Positions 48,413 to 61,457 of a DNA stretch of 64,000 nucleotides are shown here, piece after piece. Position 1 is the stretch's first letter; each line of letters starts with the position of its first letter. This stretch comes from the human T2T-CHM13v2.0 reference genome, Homo sapiens. Under the pieces are notes generated by a model. That model saw nothing but the letters and a program-made list of their open reading frames with translations, was not told the DNA's origin and did not search any database. The stretch lies in NCBI RefSeq assembly GCF_009914755.1, contig NC_060938.1, one strand, 5' to 3'. The position numbers and the translations under genes were made by a program.

Positions 48413-48667
48413 CCACACATTGGTTGCTTTCATCCATCTGGTATCCAAAGCGGCATATAAGAGGCCTGGAGATCGTGGGATAGTTTGGAGCTGAGAGTGG
48501 TGGGGCAGCTGCTGGGTACGGACCTGAGTAGGGGGTCGAGTAGGGGTTCGAGTAGGGCCCTCGATACACAGGGTTTGTCCGGGGAATGCATAAATACCCG
48601 CCATTTTGGTTAACACACATCATGTCTCCTCGGCAGGCCTCGGGGATGGTTCGGCATTCATCAATAT
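48413..48667 (-). CDS. FBLN5: FBLN5 exon 4, cbEGF1 with RGD integrin motif (48624-48632) and Pro/Tyr-rich insert
   Basis: GCCTTTCAG| acceptor, G|GTGAGT donor, 255 nt, [27 protein letters not shown]...ESNQCV. Confidence 0.98.
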
Positions 48668-48907
48668 CTGAAAGGCACAGAAAGGGCGAGCATTAGTGGC
48701 ACCCCAACTGCCTTGTGTCCGGTGCATATTTAAGCAGAACTCGGTACCAGGCGTGGAGGAAGCACTCCCAAACACCTAGGGCGGTCCCAACTCATCGCGG
48801 TAAGGTACCCCAAATGTTGGCTGAAGTGTATCAAAGTAACCAGTGTCACTCAAACATCAGCCTTTCAAATACCACCATCATGATTTTGACCATATCTACA
48901 AAAACCT

Positions 48908-49320
48908 TGCTATAGTTTGAATGTCCCTCCAAAACTCATATTGAAACTTAATCCCCAGTGTTGCAATATTGAGTGGTGGGGCCTTTAAGAGGTGATTGGA
49001 TCCTGAGGGCTGTACTCTCATGAATGGATTAATCTACTCATAGATTAATGGGTTAATGGGTTATCTTGGAAATGAAACTGGTGGCTTTCTAAGAAGAGGA
49101 AGAGAGACCTCAGCTAGCAGCCCAGGCCCCTCACCGTGTGATGCCTTGCGTACTTCGGAACTCTGCAGAGAGCCCCCACCAGCAAGAAGGCCCTCACCAG
49201 ATGGAGATCCTCAACCTTGGACTTCTCAGCTTCCACAATTGTAAGAAATAAATTCCTCTTCTTTATAAATTACCCAGTTTTAGGTATTTAGGTATAAGCA
49301 ACAGAGAACGGACTAAAACA
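48908..49320 (+). mobile_element. MSTB-type MaLR solo LTR
   Basis: TG...CA termini, 5-bp TSD AACCT. Confidence 0.9.
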
Positions 49321-49585
49321 AACCTGTACTATCATTTGCACATACTCTTTCTTTAAGTAAGCCCATATTTGAAGCCCAAATAAATGTATATTTAAAGTCT
49401 TACATGACTACAGCAAGTGAAAACTAGCATAAGTAGAAGGTAACAGTAAAAATAAATATACACTATTAAAATAAAGAGTGTTTATCTGCAGATGTACCGT
49501 CTAATACATCAAGGATCCTCGTGTGCACATACTATACTCTGAAAATACTGGGATGGGCCTAACAATTGTCTCCACTTCTACTTCA

Positions 49586-49981
<396 letters not shown>

Positions 49982-50756
49982 CTAGTTGCTTGTTAAGAAA
50001 GCAGAGCTTTGCTTTCAAGTCAGCTCTGTGCCAGCCAACAATTTCTAGCCAGGCTGGGCTCTGCTTGTTATGTCTGGAAGGGGAGAGGTGGACTCTCTAG
50101 AAAATCAGCCTTGCTAGGGTACAGACAGGGGAGGCCTGAACTGTGGCTCCAGCGAGCAGTAGACATGATCCCGTATACCGAGCCATGTCAGCAGCCTTGG
50201 AGTCTGCTCTGTGCGGGGCTAGAGACTGGAGACCACATGCCTGCACCCGACAACTCACCCCCAGCATCTCATCTGAGAAACTCACACCCAATCCTACCAG
50301 AGGTAAAAGCAATGGCAAGGTGCAGAATGCAACAGCCTGTTCTCCAGCTTGAAGCCTGAAGCCATCGCTGAAATGGGGGGCCAGAAAAGAAGGCCACTGC
50401 TCTACTCTTGATTCCTCATCAAATCTTCAAATCAAAACACCTTATTTTAAAATCAAAACGTAAGCCCAGATTTCCCAGGACAGGGTTTTATTCCTCACTG
50501 TTCATCGATTTTTCAAACCATCTATCTCCCCTCTGGAGCATGGTGACGTTAGCTCAGAGAAGACAAATGATTTTGCTTAAATTAAATATAATTTAAAAGC
50601 TAAATACTTCCCCTAAGATGGGGGCAAGTAGGGCTGTCTTCTTCCGTTCATATGCCCTATGCTCTGTCAACAACAAACTATTCCATGCTCTGAGTGTCCT
50701 TTCCACACCTGGTCCTTGTTAATGCTGTTCCTTCTACCTGGAATGGCATTTCTTAG

Positions 50757-51105
<349 letters not shown>

Positions 51106-51159
51106 CCATCGATGCTTTATTGACCCTGGACATAAGGTATTACTTTCTCCTCTTCTTTT

Positions 51160-51790
51160 GCAGAGTCCATTGCAAAAGATGGCATGCTAAGAGAATGACC
51201 CCCACAAACACTCCAAAATCTCTTCCTAGTCCTCAGAACCTGTGAATAGGTTGGGTTACACGGCAAAGGGGAATTAAGGTAGCAGCTGGAATTAAGCTTA
51301 CTAAGCAGCTGACCTTGAGATGGGGAGGTTATCCTGGATTTTCTGGGTGGGCCCGATATATTCACAGGAGTTCTTAAAAGTAGAAGAAGAAGAGGCTGAT
51401 TGGTCAGAGAGATGCTACAACAGAAAAAGAAGAGATTCAAAGTGAGAAACGCTTGACTCGCTGTGTTGGCTTTGAGGATGGAGGGAGGAGCCACCAGCCA
51501 AGGAAAGCAGGAGGCTTCTAAAAGGTAGGAATTGCCCTCCACTGACAGTCAGCAAGGAAACAGAACCTCAGTCCTACAACCACAAGAAACTCAATTCTGC
51601 CAACAACCAGAAGGGAATAAAAGTCTCCCTTAGAGCCTCCAGAAGAGCACACAGCCCTACTGACACCTTAATTCTATTCTGGTGGAGACTCAAGTCAAAC
51701 TTCTGACCTACTGAACTGTAAAATCATACACTGGTGTTGTTTAAGCCACTAAGTTGGTGGTAATTTGTTACGGCAGCCCTAGGAAACACC
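51160..51790 (+). mobile_element. MLT1D/E-type LTR
   Basis: GAACCTGTGAATA...ACGGCAAAGGGGAATTAAGGT...TTTAAGCCACTAAGTT...GGTAATTTGTTACGGCAGC. Confidence 0.8.
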
Positions 51791-52028
51791 AATCCAATAG
51801 AAACCTTCAAGAGAACAGAGATCAATTCTTTCACCCCTCTCAGTGCTTAGCTCAAGGCCAGGCACAAAGAAGGTGATCAATAAAAGGGCACCACTGACTT
51901 CAGTCATTCCATGTCACTGTATTCTCCCATGGGCATGGCTAATCATTGAACAACAGAGAAAGAAATAAATAGCACTGCAACTGGGCTGAATGCCTCCACC
52001 CCAATGAAGGATCCACAGTGGCTCATAC

Positions 52029-52080
52029 CTAAACACTGTCCTGACTGGCGATCCAGGTCAAAGCCATTCGTGCACTGTGC
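52029..52080 (-). CDS. FBLN5: FBLN5 exon 3 (AQCTNGFDLDRQSGQCL)
   Basis: TCCTTCCCTGCAG| acceptor, TAG|GTATGA donor, 52 nt. Confidence 0.97.
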
Positions 52081-52286
52081 CTGCAGGGAAGGAGAGAGGA
52101 GAAACAGGCAAGGTCATTTCACACCATAAAAGTCTTATTGCTGCAACACAGAAAGTTGGGGAAATGGAGCAAAAAAGAAAGGCCTCCAAAATACCAATAC
52201 CTGTATTATAACCCCTATTTGTTCTTCTAAAATTTTTCCTTGTAATTATTTTATACTTAGAACTACTTTCTAAACTCCCCACACCA

Positions 52287-52420
52287 GGCCAGGCGCAGTG
52301 GCTCATGCATGTAATCCCAGCACTTTGGGAGGCTGAGGAGGAAGGATTTCTTGAGCCCAGGATTTTGAGACCGCCCTCAAGACCCCATCTCTGTGTTTTT
52401 AGAAAAACTTTATTAAAAAA
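52287..52420 (+). mobile_element. Alu monomer (FLAM-like)
   Basis: Left-monomer sequence only. Confidence 0.8.
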
Positions 52421-53996
52421 AAACTCCCTGTACCATTGCTTCATAGCTCCCATTTTTAGCAGACAGGTTTCAGGGTTTTTAATGCTGTAGTTGTGAAGAG
52501 CAAGAGGAATCATATCTGCTGAGCCTAATGTGGCATGCTCCCTGTTCATCCCCTTTCTGGGAATGAATAAGACTGCTTTGAAGGGCAATGACTCTTTCTT
52601 TAGGTGCTACCTCGCCTTCAGAGTGTCGAATATGAGTTATTTGCCCCCATGAAATCCTCTACCTGATTTTGATGTCTGTACATAAATAAAAGCTACACAG
52701 AGATGTGGTCAGTTTTCTAAGAAAAGTTGAATTGAGTAAATTTCTCCATTTCAACCTCAGCAAGATGACGACATAAAGATGCTTCCAGAAAGAGATAGAT
52801 CTCAACAATTCCAGAGGGTTGTAGCTTTTACATACAACTTGAGCTACAAATGTATGTACTTAAAAAAAAAATGTGTTGGGTGGAGTCTTCAGGAAGACCC
52901 CAGGGCCTGACATTTTCTAGGAGCTCCCATCCCTGGCCTTTTCTACAGCTTCGGAGGTTGGGCTTCGCTGAGCTGTTGGTTGATTTGCAGAGATGATGTA
53001 TATGGCCTGCACTCCCGGGAGAGGGTTCAGGGGTCCCAGGGAGTTGGGGCAAAGGAAGTGGAACAGACGAGCCAGGAAGCTGTGCCGGGAAGCTGGGAGG
53101 CCAGGAGATCCAGGTTCCAGCCCTGGTTGTCAAGGACTGGCATAGGTTCAAGACTGCTGGACCAGGGCATGGCTTCAAATTCTCACTCTAGCCCCTACTC
53201 TCTGCATAACTTTTCTATGCCTCAGTTTCCCCATCTGTAAAATGGGGGGGTATGTACGTAGTTCAAAATGGTGGTAAGGACGATGTATGTTAATCTATAT
53301 AACGTGCCTAAAGTGCAGTAAACACGACCCTGAACCTCTGCCCTTGGGGCCTACCTGTCTTCATGTGTACACCATGAGGCTGCCTTAGAAAACCGCAAGG
53401 TCTAAAATTCTTTGTTACTCCTCCCAAGATCCTTCCCATTGCCAGTGGCCTGAATATGCTTCAAAATTCTTAATATGAAGAGAGAAAATGCTCCCCTACC
53501 TGCCTGCAGCCCTCAGCCTGCTCAGAGATAGGGCTTCTCTCACTTCTTTCCTGAGCCAGAGACACAGAGAGGCCACTCGGAGTTTTCAGGAGGGATCTGC
53601 CCACATTTCAGGGCTGACACACAGGGGTCCATCTCTCCTGTTGCTTAAAATAAAGTCCAGGATGCTGCAAGCTTCTTCCAGAACCCCTAAGGCCCTGAGC
53701 CTGGCCTCACCCACCCCCTTCTTACTCCTCTGAGGGGTTTCAGCCCAGGGATGGGCCCTCCTAGGTTTGGAGCTGAATTATGCAACACTACATGCTGGGA
53801 TGTTTGGGTAACACCCACTTCCTCTCCCACCTCCTCCAGGAGGGGTGTGTCTGTGGCAACACATGCAGACCCGTGGGGGTCCTCAGGTGCCATTGCCCAG
53901 AAACACTACAGCATATTTTACTTTTCAACACTGAAGGTAGGTTGAGGCCTGCTGTGAGGGGCACAAATGAGGCCATGTGATCTGATTAAAAATGGA

Positions 53997-54120
53997 TGCT
54001 GGGCTTAATACCTAGTGATGAATTGATAGGTGCAGCAAACCACCATGGCCCACATTTACCTATGTAACAAACCTGCACATCCTGCACATGTACCCTAGAA
54101 CTTATAATAAAATAGAAAAG
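53997..54120 (+). mobile_element. L1PA 3' end fragment
   Basis: GGTGCAGCAAACCACCATGGC...AACAAACCTGCACATCCTGCACATGTACCC. Confidence 0.88.
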
Positions 54121-54369
54121 AGTCTTGGACTGGGAGTCAGGAAACTGAGTACCAGCCCCAGCCTTGTCACTTACAAGTCATGTCACCTGGGCCAAGTCTC
54201 ACTTTCTCTGAGCTTCCACTGCTAACCTCTGAGAATGAAGAGCTCAGATGAGGTCAACTGTAAAGCCACTCCCACCCCCACAAACCTAGGGTTCCGTAGC
54301 GCAAGGCTGGACTCCCTCACCCCGGATTTTAATACGCTTGTAGATATTTTTTAAAAATAAAAATCTTAC

Positions 54370-54424
54370 CTGTGCATTCCCAGGGCTTGGAAGACAGAGA
54401 GCCAGAATGGTAACAGTGAGTATC
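54370..54424 (-). CDS. FBLN5: FBLN5 exon 2, signal peptide ILTVTILALCLPSPGNAQ
   Basis: CTTTTCACCTCCACAG| acceptor, CAG|GTAAGA donor, 55 nt, hydrophobic core. Confidence 0.97.
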
Positions 54425-54689
54425 CTGTGGAGGTGAAAAGTCAAATATAAACGCCCAAGACAGATTCAGGTCTAGGGGAGTGTGGGTCGCATGCGGCCCG
54501 TGACGTGTAACGGTGATATCACCTTGGGCTTGTATGGGGTGGGGTGTGCTCCAGGGAGGTCATGGTGGTTCCAGACACCGCGACCACCCAAGCAGAACCA
54601 CACCTCTTCTACTTGCCTCCTGCATTGGGATCATGTGTTAGACCACACTTTTTAATAAAGGGTTTGGCTGCTTCAAAAAAAAAAGCTAA

Positions 54690-54990
54690 GGTCAGGTGCG
54701 GTGGCTTACGCTTGTAATCCCAGCACTTTGAGAGGCTGAGGCAAGAGGACTGCTTGAACCCAGGAGTTTGAGACAAGCCTGGGCAACATGGTGAAACCCC
54801 ATTTCTACAAAATTAAAAAAAAAATTAACTGGGCATGATAGCACGCGCCTAAAGTCCCAGCTACTCAGGAGGCTGAGGTGGGATCACCTGAGCCCAGGGG
54901 GTTTGAGGCTGCAGTGAGCTGAGATCATACCACTGCACTCCAGCCTGGGTGACAGAGCGAGACCTTGTCCTCCCCCCACCCCCCAAAAAA
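54690..54990 (+). mobile_element. AluJ
   Basis: TSD AAAAAAGCTAA. Confidence 0.92.
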
Positions 54991-55497
54991 GCTAAAACCT
55001 CCCACTATGGTATTAACCAGTTCCTTGGTCTTTATTCTTTATGCGAGATGTGCTTGACTTTTGAACATCTTTATGCTGACATGATTACAGAGTGAATAAG
55101 CCATCATCATGCCCTCAAACAGTGAAAGGAAAAGAAAGTGAGAATGTGAGGCACTTTGAGTGGCACCAAAGAAAGGTGTCACAGGAAGTCACTGAACCAG
55201 AGCATTGAGTCCACATGCGTGAAAATCCCCCATCAGTGGATGGGTTGGGGTGGCCCTGTCCCCTGAAGAGTGTGGCCTGCGGGAACTGCTGCTAGCAGGT
55301 CCTGATGGAGGAAAGGACTCGGGGAACCTGCACAGCCCAGGGAAAATGAAACCCGCGGGAAAACAGGAGGAGGAGTCACGCACCCTGGGCTCAGTTCTGC
55401 CATGCACAAGACAGTGATGCTCTGGGAGTCTGCAACTCTGCCCTTCGCCACGCACAGGCTTTAATCCAGTAAGATTGTGGCCAGCAAGATTGCTTTA

Positions 55498-55728
<231 letters not shown>

Positions 55729-55729
55729 C

Positions 55730-56712
<983 letters not shown>

Positions 56713-57980
56713 ATCTAAACAAAAGCAGAGCGTTATCTAGTACTATTATTCAGTTCAACAGCAGTTTATCCAAGCAACTACTGCTTGTGGGTGTGGATGC
56801 CAGATGGAGGAGCTACAGAACTGTGAAACAACCACTACCCTTGAGAACCAGTTGGGGAGCCACGACAATGTCCATACACCTTGGCAAGGGCATGGAAAGA
56901 AATACCTATTGGGTGCCATAACAACCAGGCTGTGGGTAGCAACAAGACTTCCTGGAGAAGGTGATCTTGAAGGCTTCTTCAACAGAGCAGTGAACCTGGG
57001 GACATGGCTGAATTCTGGGGCCCGTTACTACAAACGTGCACCACAACAATATAATCCCTCCCTTTCAGGACACATGGCCCATCTGCATCAGCAACCCTGG
57101 GTATTAGAGGACCTGGAGTTAAGCTGACATCCAGAGGGAATAGGGCCCTGATACGATCTTAGGAGATGCGAGGCCATTTCCTTTATCGAGTCCCCAATCC
57201 AAAAAATAAGGACGCTGAGAGTCCACAAGTTTTCATGTAAGTGCCTGGGTGAGCCAGATTCTAGAACGCTGGAGACAGCTCTGACCTTATAAAGTGCAGA
57301 GCCAAATCCCAGGGCTTTTTGATATTTGCCATGGCCAGATTTATATCTGGAAGGAATGAAAGAACAATAACAAATTTATTTTCCAGTCTGTGTATTATGA
57401 ATTTCAATGTTTTCCTGTTTCTTCACATGAAGTTTCCTTTCAGTTGGTTATAAAACCCTGTCTCGTTTATGTTGGAGAAAGAACAGGCTGACTGCAACAC
57501 AGTGGACTTCAAGAGCTAGTTGAAAAGGCATGCTAACCCCATCTTTCCCCCTACTCCCCGCAGCCCCATTCCCTTTGGCTAGAGGCAGCCCTGGGACAGG
57601 TCTTGCCTCAAGCCCAGCCTCTTGGAAGAGCCACAGCTGAGTCCTGGGGGCCAAACAGGTTCCAGGCTAATAGGATTTTCCTAAAATGAAAGAATACCCA
57701 AGCACTACTGCCTCACAGCATCACGAATAGCTGCACCTTGTGATTAAAAAAAAAAACCCTGGAAACTCCAAAAATGAACTAACTATAAGAATAGCTGGGG
57801 GGAGGCAGGTTGGTGCTCATAACCGGTCCTGGGAACTTTCTAAAGCAGGTGGGTTCGCCGGTGTTGTGCCTCAGCCTGAAACACAAGGAAAGCCGGAGAG
57901 ACCAACCAAATACCAGGACTGCCTGTCACAGAAGTGCTGGTCCCCAATCCAGGATGACATTGTTACAGCTTAGTTTTCAG

Positions 57981-58027
57981 CACACACACACACACACACA
58001 CCCCACAGACACATACATACGCACACA
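57981..58027. repeat. (CA)n microsatellite in intron 1
   Basis: Direct reading. Confidence 0.9.
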
Positions 58028-58170
58028 AGGTTAATTTGTTCAAAGCAGTATGTTTTCAAGAGCTCGCTGAATAAAGACTGTGGGTGTCATTTAGGTAAAG
58101 TTCTCCAAGACTTAAGGATTACTTAACTGTAATTGCAATTTCCTTAAAGAATAGCAAAACATTTGCTTAC

Positions 58171-58238
58171 ATGTATCTCTGTCTGCAGTTCCCACTTCTC
58201 ATTGGCTTGAAACTTCTGTGAGAATCCCACACAAACAT
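58171..58238 (-). CDS. FBLN5: Candidate alternative first coding exon (MFVWDSHRSFKPMRSGNCRQRY-M)
   Basis: Two in-frame ATGs (58238, 58202), open frame, donor AT|GTAAGC in phase 2, in frame with exon 2. Confidence 0.55.
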
Positions 58239-58672
58239 AGAGCAAATCCAGCCCCGCGGTGTTCAGCTAGCCTGTCTGCTTGTCTATCAGCCGATGCGGC
58301 GCAGTAATTGCTAGTGAACTAGTAATTGGCCTCCCGAAATTTAAAAAATACATACAAAAATCCCTTAAAACGACAAAGTTGCTGCCCTTTCCAGAAAAGA
58401 AAGAGGAATGAAGCGCTGAGAATTTCGCAGCCCTCTCTGATGCTGGCTTTTGAAACTGTATTAGAAAATACCCACTCCCAAAAGAACGCTTCAAGATGGA
58501 AATTACAGAGGCGCAGCTTTTTATAATTAACAATATCATTGCATCACTAGCTCATGCCTTTTCCAATATCCTGACACCGCCTGAATCGCAGCCATAACCA
58601 TTTTCCACCCATCGGATTTTTAGCAAGGCTTCCAGACCCTGGAGAAAGAAAAGTCCAGCGCCGAGAACCCAC

Positions 58673-58689
58673 CTTTTTATTCCTGGCAT
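58673..58689 (-). CDS. FBLN5: FBLN5 exon 1 coding part (MPGIK + 2 nt of R)
   Basis: GAC ATG CCA GGA ATA AAA AG|GTGGGT; phase 2 matches exon 2. Confidence 0.96.
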
Positions 58690-59430
58690 GTCCAAGACGC
58701 GCGAGGAGGAGATGCGAAGGCGAGAAGAAAGCTCGCGGGCGGGACCCCCGGAGGAGCTCGGGCACGTCGGCCTCCTCTGGGCCCTCGGGGCTCGCGGGTG
58801 TTTTATTCCAGAGGGGCCGAGCGAGTCGTGGAGAGGACACGGGGAGAGCGCCGGGGTCCTCCCAGCCACTGCAGAGCCCTCAGCGCAAGCACCTGGTTTT
58901 GCTTAGCCCTCTTCAGTAATTCAGCATTAAACCAATTGGAGGAGGAATGTTAAAAATGAACACTTCATTTTCTAAGTATGTTAAACAATGCAAATGGGGC
59001 CTCAGTCTGGACACAGCTGGTTCAGATTACAGCGCTCACCAACTGGCTAGACTCCTCACAACAATCTTGGGGCGTCTGCCAGGGCCCAGTGCTCGGCGCT
59101 GGGAGGAGAGCCCTTCCCCGGCCGCGCTCGGCTGCGAGCGCCCGGGCAGAAGGCGAGGGGCGGGCGCGCGCAGGGGTGCGGGGGCTGGGAGGGCCCGGGC
59201 CCCTTGACCTTCCCACCCAGGGGCGGGGCGGGGCTGGCAGCGCGGCCCGGCGGGGAGGGGCGTGCACGCCCGCGCTGCGTGGCAAGGGGACCCGCGAGAA
59301 CGTTGTCGCCTCCGGAAGGAAAGGGACTTGAACTCACGACCCACGCAGCTCCAGGGACTAGAAACTCACGATCGATTGGGAAACCAGAACCTACGAAGCA
59401 GAGGCTTGGGGCGAGCGACGGGAGAGTCGC
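58690..59430. promoter_or_regulatory. CpG island / FBLN5 promoter and 5' UTR, with GC boxes
   Basis: Dense CpG and high GC in an otherwise CpG-poor window; GGGGCGGGGCGGGG at ~59220-59233; directly upstream of the start codon. Confidence 0.9.
59258..59271. promoter_or_regulatory. Palindromic double RCGTG (HRE/XRE-type) element
   Basis: Perfect 14-bp palindrome GGGCGTGCACGCCC in the proximal promoter. Confidence 0.4.
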
Positions 59431-60806
59431 GATCTTCCCGAAGAAGGGGTGGGGAGCAGCGGGGTGGGGTGGGGGGGAAGAGGATGGAATCCCGCTGGTG
59501 CGAATTCCAGACTTCAGCTTGTGCAATGCAAGTCTTAGGACGCTTTTCTCTCCCCGCCCTCATTCCCCGATTCTCCCTGGCATTTTCTCGCTTTCCTGGA
59601 AAAGTGTCCCCTGGCTCGAAAGTGATTTTAACAAGTTAAACGGTGATTTGAAGAAGGGACAGTCTGGAAAAGCAGAATGGTGGAGACAGCACATAAGACA
59701 TGCTGAGTCCTTTGCATTCATTCTAGTGGAGGCTTCAACCTGTTTCTTTTTCCTGTTTGTTTGTTTGTTTGTTTGTTTGTTTTTAAGCCATTGGAGTACT
59801 TTTGTCAATGAAATCTTACAGAAGGCACTCACTCTATAAAACGCCAGTGGATGGACTGTGGCCTATCCCATCTGCTTCCACCTGCATCTTCCTACCTGCA
59901 GCCGAAAAGCCCTGATCCAGGTCCCCTGTCCTCACCACCACTCTAAGCAGTAGGAATGATCATCTCCATGTTATTAGAGGTGAAGATAAGAGAGGTTAGG
60001 TAACCTCCCCATAGTCACGCAGCTATTCATTGGTACAGCTGAGCCTCTGGAGTCTACATATTTAGCCTTCCCTAAGGCATTTTTGGGGGTAAGTAAATGG
60101 AATTCTACCCAAAGGAGAATAACAGAATGTGGATAGTTGTTGAAGCTGTGTCCATTATACTAGTCTAATCTATTTCCTTTTACGTGTTTGAAATTTCCTG
60201 TAAAACACTTTTTTAAATACCTTATGTTTATAAGGTTGTTCATCCCCCCATTGTTTGTAAAAGCAAAAGATTATAAACACCTTTAAGGTCGATCAGCAAG
60301 GCACCAATAGGGTTAAATAAAGTAAGGGGCTTCCAAAGGGACTATTGTGCAACCAATTAAAACCTAGACACTTAAGAGTCCACATCAAACGACTCCATTT
60401 ATATAAAATTCAAAGTCAGATAGTGACTGGGAGGCGGCCCAGCCCCTTCTGGGTGCTGGTAATAATCTAATGATTGATCTGGATGCTGGTTATGTAGGGG
60501 TGTGTACATTTAATATTTGTGAAGTCTTATGTATGTTATATCTTATTTTGAAAAAAAGACTGAAACAGCTCCGTATGCACTGCTATTGAAGGGTTTCCAA
60601 TATATTTTGTGGGTCAAAACAGTAGAATATTGGTAATTTCACATAGATTGATCTAATATAGTAATAAATGTAAAAAGTAAGCTGCAGAACTGTGTGTAAA
60701 GCATGCCATCATTTGTGGGAAAAAAAATAAATACATAAGTTCTTGCTTGTACACGTACAGAAAAGACATCACCTGAAGGATGCACAAGAAACCATGAGTA
60801 TTATTG

Positions 60807-61457
60807 GTCTTAGCTCAGGCTGCTATAACAGAATACCATAGACTGGGTGGTTTATGCAATAACATTTATCTCTCCCAGTTCTGGAGGCTGGAAGTCTGAG
60901 ATCAGGGTGTGGGCATAGCCAGGTTCTCATGAGGGTCCTCTCCTGGTTGCAGATGACTGTCTTCTTGCTATGTCCTCACATGATGGAGAGAGGGAGACTA
61001 GGGTTCCTTTTTTTGAGATGGAGTCTCACTCTCTCGCCCAGGCTGGAGTATGGTGGTGTAATCTCGGCTCACTGCAAGTTCTACCTCCCAAGTTCAGGCA
61101 ATTCTCCTGCTTCAGCCTCCCAAGTAGCTGGGATTATAGGCACGCACCACCGTGCCTGGCTAATTTTTGTATTTTTAGTAGAGATGGGGTTTTGCCATGT
61201 TGGCCAGGCTGGTCTTGAACTCCTGGGCTCAAGCAATCCATGGGCCTCGGCCTCCCAAAATGCTGAGATTACAGGCTTGAGCCACCGCGCCTGGCCAGAG
61301 ACTGGGATTCCTTTTATAAGGGCACTGGTCCCATTCGTGAGAGCTTCACCCTCATGATCTAATCACCTGCTGAAGGCCTCATCTCCTAGAGCCATCACCT
61401 TGGGGATTCAGATTTCAACATATGAATCTGGGGGTTTAAACATATGGTCTGTAACCA
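60807..61457 (-). mobile_element. MLT1A-type LTR interrupted by an Alu (61008-61295, -), within old L1M fragments
   Basis: TCTTAGCTCAGGCTGCTATAACAGAATACCATAGACTGGGTGG...GATTTCAACATATGAAT. Confidence 0.8.

Noticed and set aside
53355-53468. 114-nt pseudo-exon with good acceptor and CAG|GTAGGC donor
   Set aside because: In-frame TAA; at most a poison exon, with no supporting evidence.
58552-58672. Read-through of exon 1 into intron 1 (MPGIKRWVLGAG...)
   Set aside because: Short continuation past a good donor, ending at a stop; nothing supports it as a product.
59204-59839. 211-aa + strand ORF and overlapping ORFs divergent from the promoter
   Set aside because: Non-ATG start, GC-rich CpG-island sequence running into a (TTTG)n repeat, no recognisable domain.
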